From: Lama guanicoe
Lineage: Eukaryota
DNA: 64,000 nt
Direction of reading: 5' to 3'
Assembly: GCA_013239625.1 (NCBI GenBank)
Contig: MU054738.1
Coordinates: forward strand, 7,163,855-7,227,854
The notes under the pieces are model-generated. The model searched no databases and had not been told where the DNA came from. It worked only from the letters and a program-made list of their open reading frames with translations. The translations under genes were made by a program, and so were the position numbers. Numbering within the stretch: position 1 is the first letter of the stretch; each line of letters begins with the position of its first letter. Below, piece after piece: positions 25,001 through 38,177 of this stretch.

Positions 25001-25913
25001 ACTGAGCAAATTTTGATGAGCAAGTTCCTGAAACTGGCTTGCTGATTTTAGAAAACGATCTCTTGGGTGACAGGCCAGACTGGAGCGCATCACCCCATGG
25101 CAACAGCATTGCAACAGACAGCGGGCTCTCCTTTGCCACGCAGAACAAGGACACCCCCGAGTTCCGCATCTCCTCCATCTTTTCCTGCGACGGAGGAGGG
25201 TGCACGACTTCACGCGGCTATCACGCTCTGCTTTTCCAGAGCTGTCTTTGGACTTTGCTCTGAACTGGTCATGGCTGAGCTGCAGGGGCCTGCGAGGCCC
25301 TGCCCCACGTGGGGCATCAGATCTGGAGTGTAGTTTTACAGCTTTCTTGAAACTGAGGAGGAGGCAGTGAGAAAGTCAATGCGTTTTAAGGCATCCTCAT
25401 CCTTAAGGTTAACACCTTGCCAAGAAACGTTACATGCAAGTGAAACTAAAGCTCTGGGAATGAGGGGAGGGGAGGCTCCTCGGCACCACGCCCAGTGCCT
25501 CACAAAGAGGGTCACAGGCACCTCGAACACAGTGATGCTCTGACGTCAGAGCCCCGGGCGGAGCTGAGGCTCGTTTTTCATCTGGGTTTTTAGCCACGGA
25601 ACAAGCACATGTCACGGAGCCCTAGACCTCAGCCCTGGGTAACAGAGAAGTCAGCTCCTCTCCCCTCTCTGAGCCCATGGATGCTGCCGGGGGCTTTCTC
25701 CAGCTGGCGCGGCGATCCGCTGGTGGCTCCACCAGACTCCGCTGTCGGGCTCAGACACCCACAGGGATCACACTTTTCCTACGCTCTGACCCCCTATCAA
25801 GTCACAAGGCTCAAACCATGCATGGGACACACAGGTCACGGGGACGCCTGAATTCTGGTCAAGGATATAAGGGTTAGAACTGACGAAATTGTAAGAGGAT
25901 CAAGGAAACCTAC

Positions 25914-25985
25914 TGGAAGCATGGTCAACCCAAGGCCGCCACCACTGCTTTTTTTTGCCCTTGGTTTTCTGTTTGTCTGCTTCTC
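25914..25985 (-). CDS. PIEZO2: PIEZO2 alternative cassette exon E33, READKQKTKGKKKQWWRPWVDHAS
   Basis: 72 nt, symmetric phase 1; ttttag| acceptor, CCA|gtaggt donor; translated by hand. Confidence 0.94.
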
Positions 25986-27013
25986 CTAAAATAAAATACG
26001 TCCAAACATTAATTCGTGTAAAGTCAGAAAACAAACTTTGAAAACCACTCTTTTAACAACTCAAATTGTCAAGCTCTAGACAAGCTGCGAAAATACATCA
26101 GAGGTCAGGAAACTACACGGACTCTGAAGCGTTCCCGCGGAGCGCGGTCGGTTTCACGAGGTAAGTATGAAGGATTCTAAGGACATTATGCCACATTTTC
26201 ACTTCCTTCTCAGTAGCTGAGGGCGTGTAAAGAAATACAATAAAGAGGGCTTATCTGTCAAAAATGCATCTCACCTTGAAATTTCCATGGAACTAACAGA
26301 AAAGAAACATCACCCATATATTACAGAACAATTTAGTGGCAAATAATTGGTTAATACGCATACATTGCAATAACTGGAGATTTTTCTTGTGATTATTTTA
26401 ATGCATGGCTGGGAAAATATAAATTTAATGTCAATGAACAGACATCATGTACCGGGGAGATACTGCACATTATTTCTCCATCCCCTTCAAGTAGGAAAGC
26501 ATGCAAATAACTTTAAAAAGACCTTTAAACTAAACTGGATATAACAAATCTATAATTTGATATAATAAATCCGTATTTCATCTTAAGTTTCATTGGAACA
26601 GACCACAATAGAATGTTATTTTAACTACTATTACTCAGATGCCTATGTATTTCTTTTCTGTGTAACATTCACAGAAACCAACCATCTTAAACACCTTCCC
26701 TAAAGGCACACACGCAGTGAAGTCACGCGCGTCGTCTTCAGCAGCACACGGCTGTGAAACGGAAGCAGGCTGTCTGCTGACTAAAGTCATCCTGCTGAAG
26801 GCGAGATGCTCGTGAAGTCATGGATTCATCAAACATGTGCTTCACGAAATAAATGCATACCGTTCACCATGGGGAACGTATAACTTGCTGAGCTAAAGAG
26901 ACACATTGATAAAATTGGCAGAACAAAAAGCAACGCCATCTGACAGCCCTGCCCAGTGCCCCGCTAAGACTCAACGCCAAGCACGCGAGGAAGAAGGAAG
27001 AGCCTCCACATAC

Positions 27014-27135
27014 TTTCGTCGTCCTCTTCAGAGAGTTTCTGCACATCCTGGCCGTCCCCTGGCTCCTGGGTCAAGCTCAGCATCCTCTCCTTACCCTTTT
27101 TGTACTTCTGCTGCCTGGCCTTGATGCGATCCATC
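27014..27135 (-). CDS. PIEZO2: PIEZO2 coding exon (~E32), MDRIKARQQKYKKGKERMLSLTQEPGDGQDVQKLSEEDDE
   Basis: 122 nt, phase 2->1; AAA|gtatgt donor. Confidence 0.96.
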
Positions 27136-29028
27136 CTGCACAACAGAACAGCAGCAGAAAGCCGAGAACACCCGCGGTCACCCACACGCTTCCACGCAAG
27201 CAGCTAGAACCGCAGGCAAGGCGGCCAACGCCTGGGACTTGTGGACAGTTACTCGTTAGCAACAAGTGTCCCCCTGCTTCCTTATGTCCATGTTCTCTGC
27301 ACTGCATAGACGCCAGCTTAATAATGCAATCAATAGTGATTATGCTTAGGTTGGATGTGCAACATTTTACGTCCACCTACACCTTGTACCCAAGCCATTC
27401 TGCACACAGCATGTTATGAGATGTAAATCCTTTATTCTCCCAGGTTCTGCACTAACTGTCTACCTCACAAAGCTGTTGTGAAGATCGAGGGAAAAGATGT
27501 ATGTGTGTGAGAATTGTTTTGTAAACAGCAAGTTGCTCCTCAGATGTTCAAGAGTATTTTATCAGGTCTTGTGACTTCTCTATGTCAAATCGAATCTCTT
27601 ACTGGATCTGGAAAAATGCACTATTGCAGGTTTTGTTTACTCAGAAACCGCAACGCTGGACTTGACCTCCCAGACCTGCCCCCTTGAAATGTTTCACTCT
27701 TAATTTAGTTTCTTAACATTCTGGATATAACGCTCAAGTTTTTCAACTGACTTAAGTGGCATTTCTGCTTTGTGCAGCTTCAACGACATTTTTCAGCCTG
27801 CCTTCTGCAATGATCATCGCCTTCATTCTTTGTTATTCTGACCTCTCATCGGAGAGGACGCATTCTCCAACAAATAGGGAAATCCAGTGAAGTAAATTGT
27901 GGCAACGGGCCTCGCTTGTGGGAAATTAGGAACACAGTCTAAATGCGGGTCCAAATCTGTTACTTCTGCAGCCGGGAACAGCACTAGCAACAGCTACACC
28001 ACATTGTGTTTTCATCACATACGTTTATGCGGCTCGTAGCTCTGTGCTGATAGGCACGGGGTAGGGCAGTGCACACTGGCAAATGCTCCTGCATAGGGAA
28101 GGAGCTGGGGAACGAGCCTGGGTAGAAGGAAGCTGTCTTAGCAAACTCAGGGAGCTCCCGGGGGCTGACGGTGCCTCTGTTCTCCTGGAGAAAGCAGCTC
28201 AGTTTTGAATTCTATGGCCGTCAGCTCTTCAACCCACCCCTACACCCAGGAGGTGCTCCCAATCTTCAGAAGTTCCACTTACTGCTAGAAAGTCCACTCT
28301 AGGAAAATAATTGTTTTCTGTGGGCTAATTAAACACGAAAAGAAAGAAACAACTCCCAGCTCTCCGGGGTGGAGTCCATTTCTTGGCTTGCCCAGGGCGG
28401 CGCGCGAGGAGGCCTTCACCTGGACACAGGGAAGCAGCAGGCGCGTTTCTAGTGCTGCGTCTAGCTGGTTACAGATTGTGTGGTGGTTTTTTTTTTTTCA
28501 GTTTTGGATTTTAAGTCACCCAGAATAGAGGTCATCGGTTTCTTCCCAAACAGACTGGATCATTTTATCTCTAAAGAGCCTTGCAAAGCGAGGACTCTGC
28601 GTTTGTTCCCTTAGCCCCTAGAGCTAACGGACATTCCCCCAAGTGAGTGTCACTGGGACAGGCCCTGCCTCGCTCACTAACTCATTTACTCTTTACAAAT
28701 ACCCAAATGGAACCGTGAGCCCTAGCTGAACACAGGACACTGGGATCCAGAGAATTCCAGAGACCTGCTCCAGGCTCCGGAGCAGAGAGTGAACTCGGAC
28801 CTGACGCTGGTCTCGGCCACGGCGGCTCCCCTCCCCTCCCCCTCTCTGTCCTTTACACCGTTACACTTCAGTCCAGGCCAGGAGCCACTGCCCCTTGCAG
28901 GGCAAACGCCTGGGCAGGAGTGAAAGTTACACGGACAGACGGGTTCTTCAGGGGGCGGGGCGCCCTGGGAGCTGCGATGTGGAGGGAGGGGACCAGGCAA
29001 ACCCACAATAACACGAAAGCGTCCTTAC

Positions 29029-29118
29029 TGCCTCTTCAGCTGGTCCATTGACCTTTTCTCTTCCTCGATTCTTGCCTTGACAGCCTTTACGATCGTGGCC
29101 TGGAAAAGTTCAGCCCCT
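29029..29118 (-). CDS. PIEZO2: PIEZO2 coding exon (~E31, beam region), GAELFQATIVKAVKARIEEEKRSMDQLKRQ
   Basis: 90 nt, phase 2->2; tttag| acceptor, CA|gtaagg donor; translated by hand. Confidence 0.95.
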
Positions 29119-32100
29119 CTAAAGGAAATTCAGAAACACAGAATAAATGAACACTTTTATCATCGTTACCCACCCTCCCTGAAAACGGTTACGAAGGGTT
29201 AGGAAAGATTTCTTCTGGGGCAGCTGGCTGGAGCCTCTGGGCTGGAGTGGGCGTCACGCAGCCCAGTCTAGAAGCTCCTTCCCAGGGGATGGACAGGGCA
29301 CAGCCTGCAGCCTCCCGGGGGAGGGAAGGAGGGCGCTGTGCACGCCGCTGGGGGCCATTAAAGGGAAAACAGTGTGTGTTTTCTGAGACTTTCAAGGGCT
29401 CTCCAAGCCTGTCCCCCAGCAAGCGGTCCTCATCATAACAGGAGGGGACGTTTTTAGGAGTGAGTTCAGGTTCGTTTTCCACTCCATCAGCAGGATAGGG
29501 CTGGAGGGGCTGGGGCATCCCCACAGCAAGTGCAGTGGGGTGCGCGGTCCAGCCTCTGGGCTTCTCTTCCCTCTGTCCTTCCGTTCCTCCTGTTCGGTCA
29601 ATGTCAGGTCCCAATGGAGCACATCGGCCCCTCACCATCCTCAACTCTGCCCCAGTGCCGTCCTGTCCCCTCTGCTTGGCAGACCCCAAGTCTGCAGGAA
29701 ACCAGTGGGGTGCCAGCCCCGTGCTGGGTGGTGAGGGGCTGGTGTCAGGGGCACAGAAATTCAGGGCTCTGGGAGGATGGTCCTGAGCCCCCACCCGCAC
29801 TCCCCGGACACTCTCCTGCTGTTCTCAAGTGGCTACTTCAGACTGCTTACACTTTCCTCAAATCTAGAATATTCTGTTGAGGGCTTTTCACGCCTGGGAC
29901 ATGACGCAGCTTCCCACTTCCCAAAAAGAACACAGTCACGGGGTGATGCCCTTTCCTGAGGTGACAGTGACATGGAAGAGGTGACACTCCGCTGTCCACG
30001 GCCTGCCTGAGGGACCCCGCCCCCCGCCTGTCCTTTATCCCTCCCTGCACCTCGACCTTCCCACCATGACTGAATCCTGCCCGTAAGCATGCCGACAGGC
30101 TCCGATCTTGCTAATCTTGGAGAAAGAACCACGCACGCCCCACGGTTTCCCAGGCACAGCGTCACGTCACTGGCCCTGCAGCCGGACTCCTTGCAGGCAC
30201 CGTCCACCAGCCTTTCCCTTCCGCCTCCACTCACTGGTATTTGGCTCTGACCCCACCTGTCGAGGCCACTGATTTCAGTGCTCAGGGTTCAGTCTTGTCT
30301 TTGAGTATCTTGTCTCCTGAACGTCCATCCGCTGTGAAGAGCACCCCCCGGGTCCCACGCTTTCCCGGGTTCCCGCTCTCCTTTCCAGCTCAGTTCCCAC
30401 CTTCTCCGCGGCCCTGCCCTCAGCCCAGCTCTTACATGTGAAGCCCCAGGGTCCTCTTCTCACCTTCACACTCTCCCCAGGCAGCTGCGGCCACTGCCCT
30501 GCCCCAACACCGTCCATGTCACATGACACTCAAGTCTGTCCACATCTCCAGATCCATCCACTCCGCTGCCCGCTGGCTTCCAGCGGGCTGACGTCACAAG
30601 CTCACGAGACCCAGAACCCCGCAGTCGTGGCCCGTCCTCCCTCCCGGCGAGAGCTCACAGACCCCCGTCCCTCTGGGGTCGGCACCACCACCGGCTAGAG
30701 CCAGAATCCTGGGCACAGCGCCCCTGTGCAGGCTCTGTGAGGGAGGGCAGTACCCCCTCCCCCGATAACAGAGGAGGCAGTGAACATACATGGATGAATG
30801 ATGCCTACTCTTGGGAAATGCTGCTGTGAGTTCAATGCTTACGAAGTCATGGCTTTTCTCTGACAAGCATGAGCTGTACTCTGGACCAAAGCCTCCCGTT
30901 TCTACAACACAAGGAATATGTTTTCTGAGTATTTGTGAGAACTTTGAGAGAAAGACCCTGGCTCACTATTATATCCTGGTGGTCTAAGGACCGAATTTTA
31001 GAGAAAGGCATTTTGGAAAAAGACGCATTTACCAGCAGAAGTACCGGCTGCTGCCACATGCAGGTAGATACGGTGACTAGCGGCTCGAGAGCTTCCAAAA
31101 TGATGTCCCGGGCACCAGAAAAACAGCTCTACCGGTAAATTCCTGGGCCAGTACTGGCCCTCAAGGAAGTCAGAGTACATCGTGAGGACTGAGGGGCAGC
31201 AAGGTCCTCAGATTACACAACTGGGTCTCTTTTGTTTGGCTCCAAGTCGGTAACAAGGGCTGGGCGTCTTCCCCCTTGAAATGCACCTCTGAAACTAACA
31301 TTCTGCTTATCCTGGCAGGAGAAGGCCTGGGCCCTAGGAACACTGACGGTGAAACAGAGACGTTTTAGTTTAGGCCGCAAATCAGAGTGACAGACACGGG
31401 CAGCTCACACGATGCAGACCAGTGTCCACCAGGCTGCGGGGCACCACCGTCCGACGGGGCCCAGCCAAGGCCCGGGTCTGAGCCGGGCACGCTCTCCAGG
31501 ACCCCGTGCTGCCTCTGCCCCATCTCAGCGACACCCTCTCTGATCCCTAGCTCTCTTCCCGGTCCTTCCCCCAACCCTCTCAGATTAGGGGCAGAAAATG
31601 GAAAACGGGCAGAATCTAAGGAGAAGGTGATAATCAAATGGTGCCAGTGACCTGGAGAACAGAAAAGTCAGGTTGTTGGGCAGAGACCGGAGGACGGGCC
31701 GACGGGAAGAGGCTGGAGCAACACTCTCCTCCGTCTACCACCTGAAAGTACTAGACGGCATGTTTCTCTCTTTCCAGGAGTTTCTCCTTAACGTGGAGGC
31801 AAGGAGGGGGAAGATGGACCAGCCTCCAGACCACCGTGGCCCAGGTCCCTGTTCTGACAGAGGCCAGAAGGAGCTGCCCTGGGGGCGAGCTAGACTGAAG
31901 GGGCGCAGGGCACCAGCCAGTCCCTGACTTTCCAGGGTGTCCAGCCCCCGTTGGGCACAACTCCACTCCCGAGACTGACTTACTTTTCTTCTATTTTAGA
32001 CCCTGGAGGCCTTGGGCTACAGCCTCCTGGGTCAGCTTCCTTGGAAGGTATTTCTCAATTTCCCGTGGTTCTACAAGCAAGCTCAGACCCCAGGCATGGC

Positions 32101-32147
32101 ACAGCATCCCTTCCAGACAGAACAGCTGACCCCACGGCCTGACCCAC

Positions 32148-32307
32148 CTTGATGCCAGGATCTGAGAGGCTTTTATGTCCGCCACGACGTGCAGGAAATA
32201 GTAGCTCATGAAGACTCTTCTCTGCAGCAGGAGGAAGGCAAAGCATATGCTGTCCCAGATGATCCCTGCTTCCCCGCTGGGCAGTTTGCACGAGGAGTCA
32301 TCGTCCG
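32148..32307 (-). CDS. PIEZO2: PIEZO2 coding exon (~E30), PDDDSSCKLPSGEAGIIWDSICFAFLLLQRRVFMSYYFLHVVADIKASQILASR
   Basis: 160 nt, phase 1->2; AAG|gtgggt donor. Confidence 0.96.
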
Positions 32308-33375
32308 CTGGAGCAAAGGAAAAAAAATTGAAGTGAGCATCCATTTCTTTGCGATTTTATAAAGTCTGCAGCACGTCAGACTTGGGAGGTCACACAGGCC
32401 TAAGAGTCACCCTAGGGCACATCGACTCCCTTGTGAGTGGATTTATTGACCATCAAGGGCTCACATTCCAAATCCAAGCCCAGTGCCGATTCAGAAGGCT
32501 GACCGCGAAGTGAGCTCTTGGAGACGTACGGTGCAGGAGGCTGCTGTCCCAGGAGGGCACCTGAGTACTCCTCTCTCTTTGGGAGAAAGGGACCCTCATC
32601 CCCTCAACGAGGAAGGCTACGGAGAAGTAGTGCCTACGTCCCAAGGCCTGAGGAAATCTCTGGTCCAAAAGACACTTCCGTTGTGGGGAGGGGCTGCACC
32701 CCGGGCAGGGCTGCTACGCTCTACGCTGTTCATCTCCTCATATAGTAAGGAGGGAAAGGGGGCAACAGCACATCTGACCCCAAGTCAAAGCAGATTCCAG
32801 CAACTCTTCACAGGAAGGCAGCGCTGGGAGAGCGCCAAGTTCAAGCGGCCCACCCGCGTGGCGCTGTCCAGGGTCCTGGCGCAGGAGGCAGAGGGGAGGA
32901 AATGGGGCTCCCTTCTCTGTCCTGGGGTGGGCGAGGTGGGGAGTCTAGCTCCAGAAACTCTGCTGTTCCTCCCAACCGTCCTCCCCCCGAGCTGGAGGGT
33001 CTCTGAGCTCCCGGCAGGGAGGAGGGTCTGGAGCGGAGCTACTTTGATGGCCAGGAACACAACCATGGGGACTCACGGGCACTGTGACCCTTCCTACTGT
33101 AACTCAGGGAAGTTCAAGTAGTAGCCACAGGCCACACACGACCCCCAGACCTGTTGTGGGAGGAGGGGGACCGGAAGTCTGTAAAGATGGCCAGTGCCCG
33201 GAGGGGGCGCATCCTGCCACGGACGGACAACAGGCTCCCAGCGCAGCACCAGCCTACAGCGGCCTTAGACAGTGGACGGAACTGGGAGTTGCGCTTTGAG
33301 CCGGTGTTTACATTCGAAGGACCAGCTGCCCTGCCTTCTCTGTCTCCCGTCCCCAAACTCGCTTCTCGTACTCAC

Positions 33376-33472
33376 GCATGTGGTAGCCCTTGACTGTGCA
33401 GGCCAGGCTGAAGGCTTGGATGAACCAGCAGCTATTCTGAACCAATTTCTCAATATAGCCGCAAGCGCCTAT
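33376..33472 (-). CDS. PIEZO2: PIEZO2 coding exon (~E29), IGACGYIEKLVQNSCWFIQAFSLACTVKGYHM
   Basis: 97 nt, phase 0->1; tttcag| acceptor, |gtgagt donor. Confidence 0.95.
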
Positions 33473-35728
33473 CTGAAAAGCAAACGGGAGAGGCACACTC
33501 TGAAGCCCTGCGCCAGAGAAGGAGGCTGCTGCCCTGCGATCCCAGCACGTGCAGGGACTCCGAGTCTCAGTGCTCACAAGGGGTAAGAGCTGCCTGGTTC
33601 AGCCCCCGCGGGGCAGGGCACCTGATACGTCATTTCTTGGGGGCGTCAAACCCAGCGAGTAAAGGGCGAGCCCTCGGCGTGAGGCTGTGGGCACCTGGAA
33701 GCACCTCTCCTTCCAAAGGGGGACTCTTAGAGCATCACAGGAACGAGCCCGGCTCTATGATGCATGGCCGGCGGGGGGCGAAGACCCCAGGACTGGGCTT
33801 CTGGCACGGGTATCTGTATTTTTCACTCTATTATTTCCCACGAGTCAGACACAGAAGCCTGCAGGGCTTGCCAGGAGATAACCACACGCGTTAGTTCCCG
33901 GAACAGGCAGACAGCGTGTGCCCCGGGCTGGCTCTTGTCCAGCCAGTGCTCTGAGTGGAGGTCTCTGCCGACCGGCATGTCGTCGTCTCGCGTCAGTGAT
34001 TTCCGGTCATGGTCAAGTCCACATCCCAAGGTGGGGAAAACAGCCTCCTCCTCAGGGAACATCCTCCCTGCCTTGTCTCCCTGGACATCACTGAATCTGT
34101 CTTTCAAGTTTCTGATGGATTCAAAAGGCATCGCCTCCAGGAAGCCTCTTTCCAGCTTATCTATGGAAGGTAATAGGAGTTTGGCTTCGTGCTGTTTTCC
34201 TGAAATGTTGTGATAATTAGCTTTAACAGATTGTACTAAAATTATTTATAAGGAAGTCTGTTTTCTCCTTTGGAATGTGAGTTCCTCAAGGGTAAAACCT
34301 GAGTACTGCTCAACTCCAGTTCTTCAAGATACAAAACAGTGCCCAGCAGAGCACAGATCTGCAACACAGGCTTACGAATGAGTGAGTGAGCGAGAGAATC
34401 AGTGAGTGAGAGAGTGAGCTTTGTAGCCACACGCTTTTGAGGAACAGTTGTGGGGATCAGTCTCCAGCCACAGATCGCTCCCCAGCGGACTGGCTTCAGA
34501 ATGAAGGGCGATCCCATGTCCTGTCTCCTCCTCCAACTCTCAGGACACCCCTACGTGCAAACAAATGGTAGTGGGGTTGAACTAATGCAAAAAATCACTT
34601 TTTACTACCAACTAGAAACTTAACATGTTAACGGACTGTAGACAAAATAAATCCTTCAAATAACATACTAGTGGTTACATACAGATTTGGTGTCCCAAGA
34701 CCTCTGAACACAGCAACGCACGTGCCAAAAAAAAACAAAAAACAAAAAACAGTTAAGTGCTTTCCAGTGGAATTGCCAGGTGAGCTCATCTCTCAGTCCC
34801 AGGAAGGGGAGAAGCAGGAAGCCGCGGCTCGCTGCTCCTCTAACGCACCTGCTCCTCTAACGCACCTGCTCATCTAATGTACCGACAGCTACAGCCTGCG
34901 GGCGGCAGGCGCTGGGTCAAGGGGAGCTCGGGCTGTGTGATTCCTTCAGCTCGGGGAAGGCTGTTCATCTCCTCATACAGTAAGGAGCTGAAAAGGTATC
35001 TTTGTGGCCTGAGAGATTTCATGGGACTTTGGGATGACTTGTGGGCAGTTTGTCTACCAGGTCAGGGGCCATGTGGTGCCCTGGAGCGTGGCTGTTTAAC
35101 GTCGCAGCAGCCACACTTTGCAGAGGAGAGGGGTCTGCCTCAACCCTCCGCTGTTCTGGCTGGTTTCTGTCCTGACACTCAGAGGCCAAGAGGAGCTGTG
35201 AAGCTGCCGCCTCCTCAGCATCTCCCACGTCTCATGGGTTCATGACATTCCTGCCTCGCTCTCCTGTTCCTCCTCATCCCAGCCCAGAGTCACAGAGCGG
35301 TCCACACTCCATTCCACAGCTCTTTCCAGGTAAGAGAGTTGCTTTTAGCCAACCTGATAGATATAATTTTTGAAGCAATTCCACGACTGATTCAACTCAC
35401 AAAAGGGCCACATTGTCGCACATGGCAGGAGGAACGACAAATCGTTCCTCGGAGCGGGATGGAATTTTAAATTAAAAAATACATTCTAGAGTTTATGCCT
35501 ACGAATACGTATCCTCCGGTCGTGTGACCTTGAGAGGACGGAAATGAGCCCAAAGGATTCCACTTAATATGGCAAGGCAAAGAAAAGTAAATGGTCGTTT
35601 GAACTGCGAGCATCTCATCTAGGGCTTTTAAGAGAGCAGCGCGATGCACCCTGGGCTTTTAACAACCACAGAACGGATCTCCGGACTCACACCGGACCGC
35701 GCGTGGGTTCCCCAGGGGAGCCACTTAC

Positions 35729-35972
35729 TGACAGGATGTTCTTCATGGTGATCACGAAGACGTTGTACGCGATCAGCCAGTCCCAGTAGCGCAGGATCAC
35801 CCTGATGGGCCTCAGCAGCAGGTCGCCCCCGAAGAGCAGGAAGTAGAAGCAGGCCAGCAGGTAGCCCATGCAGAAGACGCTGATCCTAGTGGTGCCGGTG
35901 ATGAAGACAACGGTGAGCACGAGCCAGAACAGGTAGCTGAAGACGACCACCTTGGACATATCCAGGTACGAC
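35729..35972 (-). CDS. PIEZO2: PIEZO2 coding exon (~E28), SYLDMSKVVVFSYLFW...YWDWLIAYNVFVITMKNILS
   Basis: 244 nt, phase 2->0; TCA|gtaagt donor. Confidence 0.96.
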
Positions 35973-37538
35973 CTGGAAGCAACACCGGGCTGTGGAGGGG
36001 CGGCCCCACGCACCACCACACAGGGCCTGCCGGGGCGTCTCACCCGGGAAGGGCTGCGCGGTCCACCCGCCTCCACCTGGAAGCTGTGAGCCCTGCGTTC
36101 ACCCCTCCCCACACACCGCCTGGTCTACGGGAGACCTCGCCCCGGCAGGGACGGACGGGGAGGTCACGGGAAAACACCATGCCTGTGTTTAATATCATCG
36201 AATTTAGGCCTAACCTCCCACAGGCAGCCAGCTTTTCTGCCTACCACCCAGTACTCAGAGGCCCTCTCTTTCTTCCTAAGGAGCCACAAAGACTCATGCG
36301 GCCGAGGAAATTCCATGACACAGACACCTCCCAGAGCAAGAGGGCGACGGAGAATGGATTCCTGCCCATGAACTGGGAGTGAGCAGATGACAACAAGCAG
36401 GTTCCACCTGGGATGACCAGCTCTCCTTCAGATGAGAAGTCACCCCGACAGCAGACACACAGCTCCAGGCTCTGACTGACACTCCCTCCGCACCTCCCGG
36501 GGCCAGTCGAGGGCCCTGCGGTGGGGGCCGGGCCTCCACTGCGACCTCCTGATGGGAGGTGAGGCCACCACAAGGGTCTGTGACCTGCTGCAGCAGAAAC
36601 AGCTGCTGGGGGTCCCGGGCCTGGGACACTGGCTGACAGAAGCCATGCTTCCGGGCTGCGCCCCCCTGCATTCGCTTAATCAGAGCAAACGCAGAGGTTT
36701 CGCTTTGGTTCTTTCTCTTTCCTGGTTTGAGGAGAAATGCTGAAGAGCCAGTAACAGGCCAGATATTTGAAACACGACTTGGCATTTTGTGGGACTTAAT
36801 ACGGAATCCTTCCACCAGGCACGTGCCACGCTGTCCAGCTTCGCTGGGGAATCAGTCGTACCTCAGAGGCCCGCTATCAGGCAAGCGGACTTTGGAGCTT
36901 CACTGTTTTTAAAGTAAAATACTCAACATTTTAACATGTTTGCATGAGTTTTCTCATGAAATACACCATACTCATCTGCACATGAAGGAGAGCGACTAAG
37001 ACGCTGCGTCTTGGCATCCCAGCACCGCACAGGTGGAGCGAGGGGTGTGGCGCAGGCGCGGTACCTGACCGCCCCAGGACTCCCACCCCCCGGCGTGCGG
37101 CGTGAAACTGGGCGAGAGCGTATTTGAGCGAGAGTGTGTTTGTGTGCACGCGCGTGTGTGTGAGTGCGCTGTGTGTTTCCATGCGTTTCCCCTCCTTGCC
37201 TGCAGCTGCTCATCCCACCTCCAGGAGCCCCAGGCCTCCGCTCCTCCGGCCCGACTGCCTTGGGTTCAGAAGTCAGCAAGCCGAGCTTGAGAGAATGACA
37301 GGGAGACACCAAGCCAGCACGCTTCGGGAAGGAGCCTCGGGGACCCGGGGCAGGGAGTGACCCTGTGTCTGTCCTGGGGTGAAGGGGCAGCTGGCTGCTC
37401 TCCGGAGCGGCCGAGGGGTGTCCAGGGAGGATGGAGGCTGATCCGGAAGTCGGCTTCCAGACGGCTGAGCCGTCCTGCCCCGGGGCCGCTCAGTTTCCTG
37501 TGTGTGTACTGGGAGAGAATGGGGCGGGTCAGGGCTAC

Positions 37539-37704
37539 CTGCAGTGGACGAAGTCTGGGACAGGGTTGTGCTGGCTGAAGGCGGCGGCGTCCAGGCTCAC
37601 GCAGATCTCCACGTTGTCCCCCGCCATGACGCGCACGGCGGCCTTGTTCTCATCCTCAAAGGTCTGCCGCTGCAGGGAGGCGCACAGGAGCAGCAGGAAG
37701 TCGT
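37539..37704 (-). CDS. PIEZO2: PIEZO2 coding exon (~E27), YDFLLLLCASLQRQTFEDENKAAVRVMAGDNVEIC...PVPDFVHCR
   Basis: 166 nt, phase 1->2; CAG|gtagcc donor. Confidence 0.96.
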
Positions 37705-38075
37705 CTGGCGAGACAGCGGTGGGCGATGAGCCCCTCCCCGCCCTCTGGGCATCAGGAGGGCTGTAGGCAGGGCCCCGCTCCCGCCGCCCACGCGGGGGTG
37801 CAGGAGGGGCCGCAGATGCCCAGGGCTTGGGGGGCCGTCCCAAGACCCCGTCCACCCATCAGAGAGTGAAGGCATCAGGGGCTGAGATGGGTCTTCTGCG
37901 ACCTGCCCCCCGACAACGTCTGCGGGCAGGTACCCTCCCCAGGCCTGGAGGGGCCGTTGAACAGTCTCGCTCCTCTTCCTCTCTTTACAAGCCCAGGACG
38001 CAGACGTCCGGCCTTCTCTGTCCTCTCCACCCGCACTGCACCTGTGACCAAAGACCTCCCAGGACACGCACTTAC

Positions 38076-38177
38076 AGACGAGGAACACGGGGTTGGGCCG
38101 CACGATGAAGTCTGGGAAGTACAGCCACTTGACGATGTTGTCGTTGAAGCTGGCGCCCTTGAACCTCCAGGGGTAAT
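38076..38177 (-). CDS. PIEZO2: PIEZO2 coding exon (~E26), DYPWRFKGASFNDNIVKWLYFPDFIVRPNPVFLV
   Basis: 102 nt, phase 1->1; ccag| acceptor, |gtaagt donor. Confidence 0.96.

Noticed and set aside
27600-28050. Coding-looking AT-rich block in the E31-E32 intron
   Set aside because: I could not assemble a consistent acceptor, donor and frame. It is kept only as a possible conserved non-coding island.
34832-34877. 17-bp tandem repeat, about 2.5 copies (ctgctcctctaacgcac)
   Set aside because: An ordinary slippage duplication with no sign of function.
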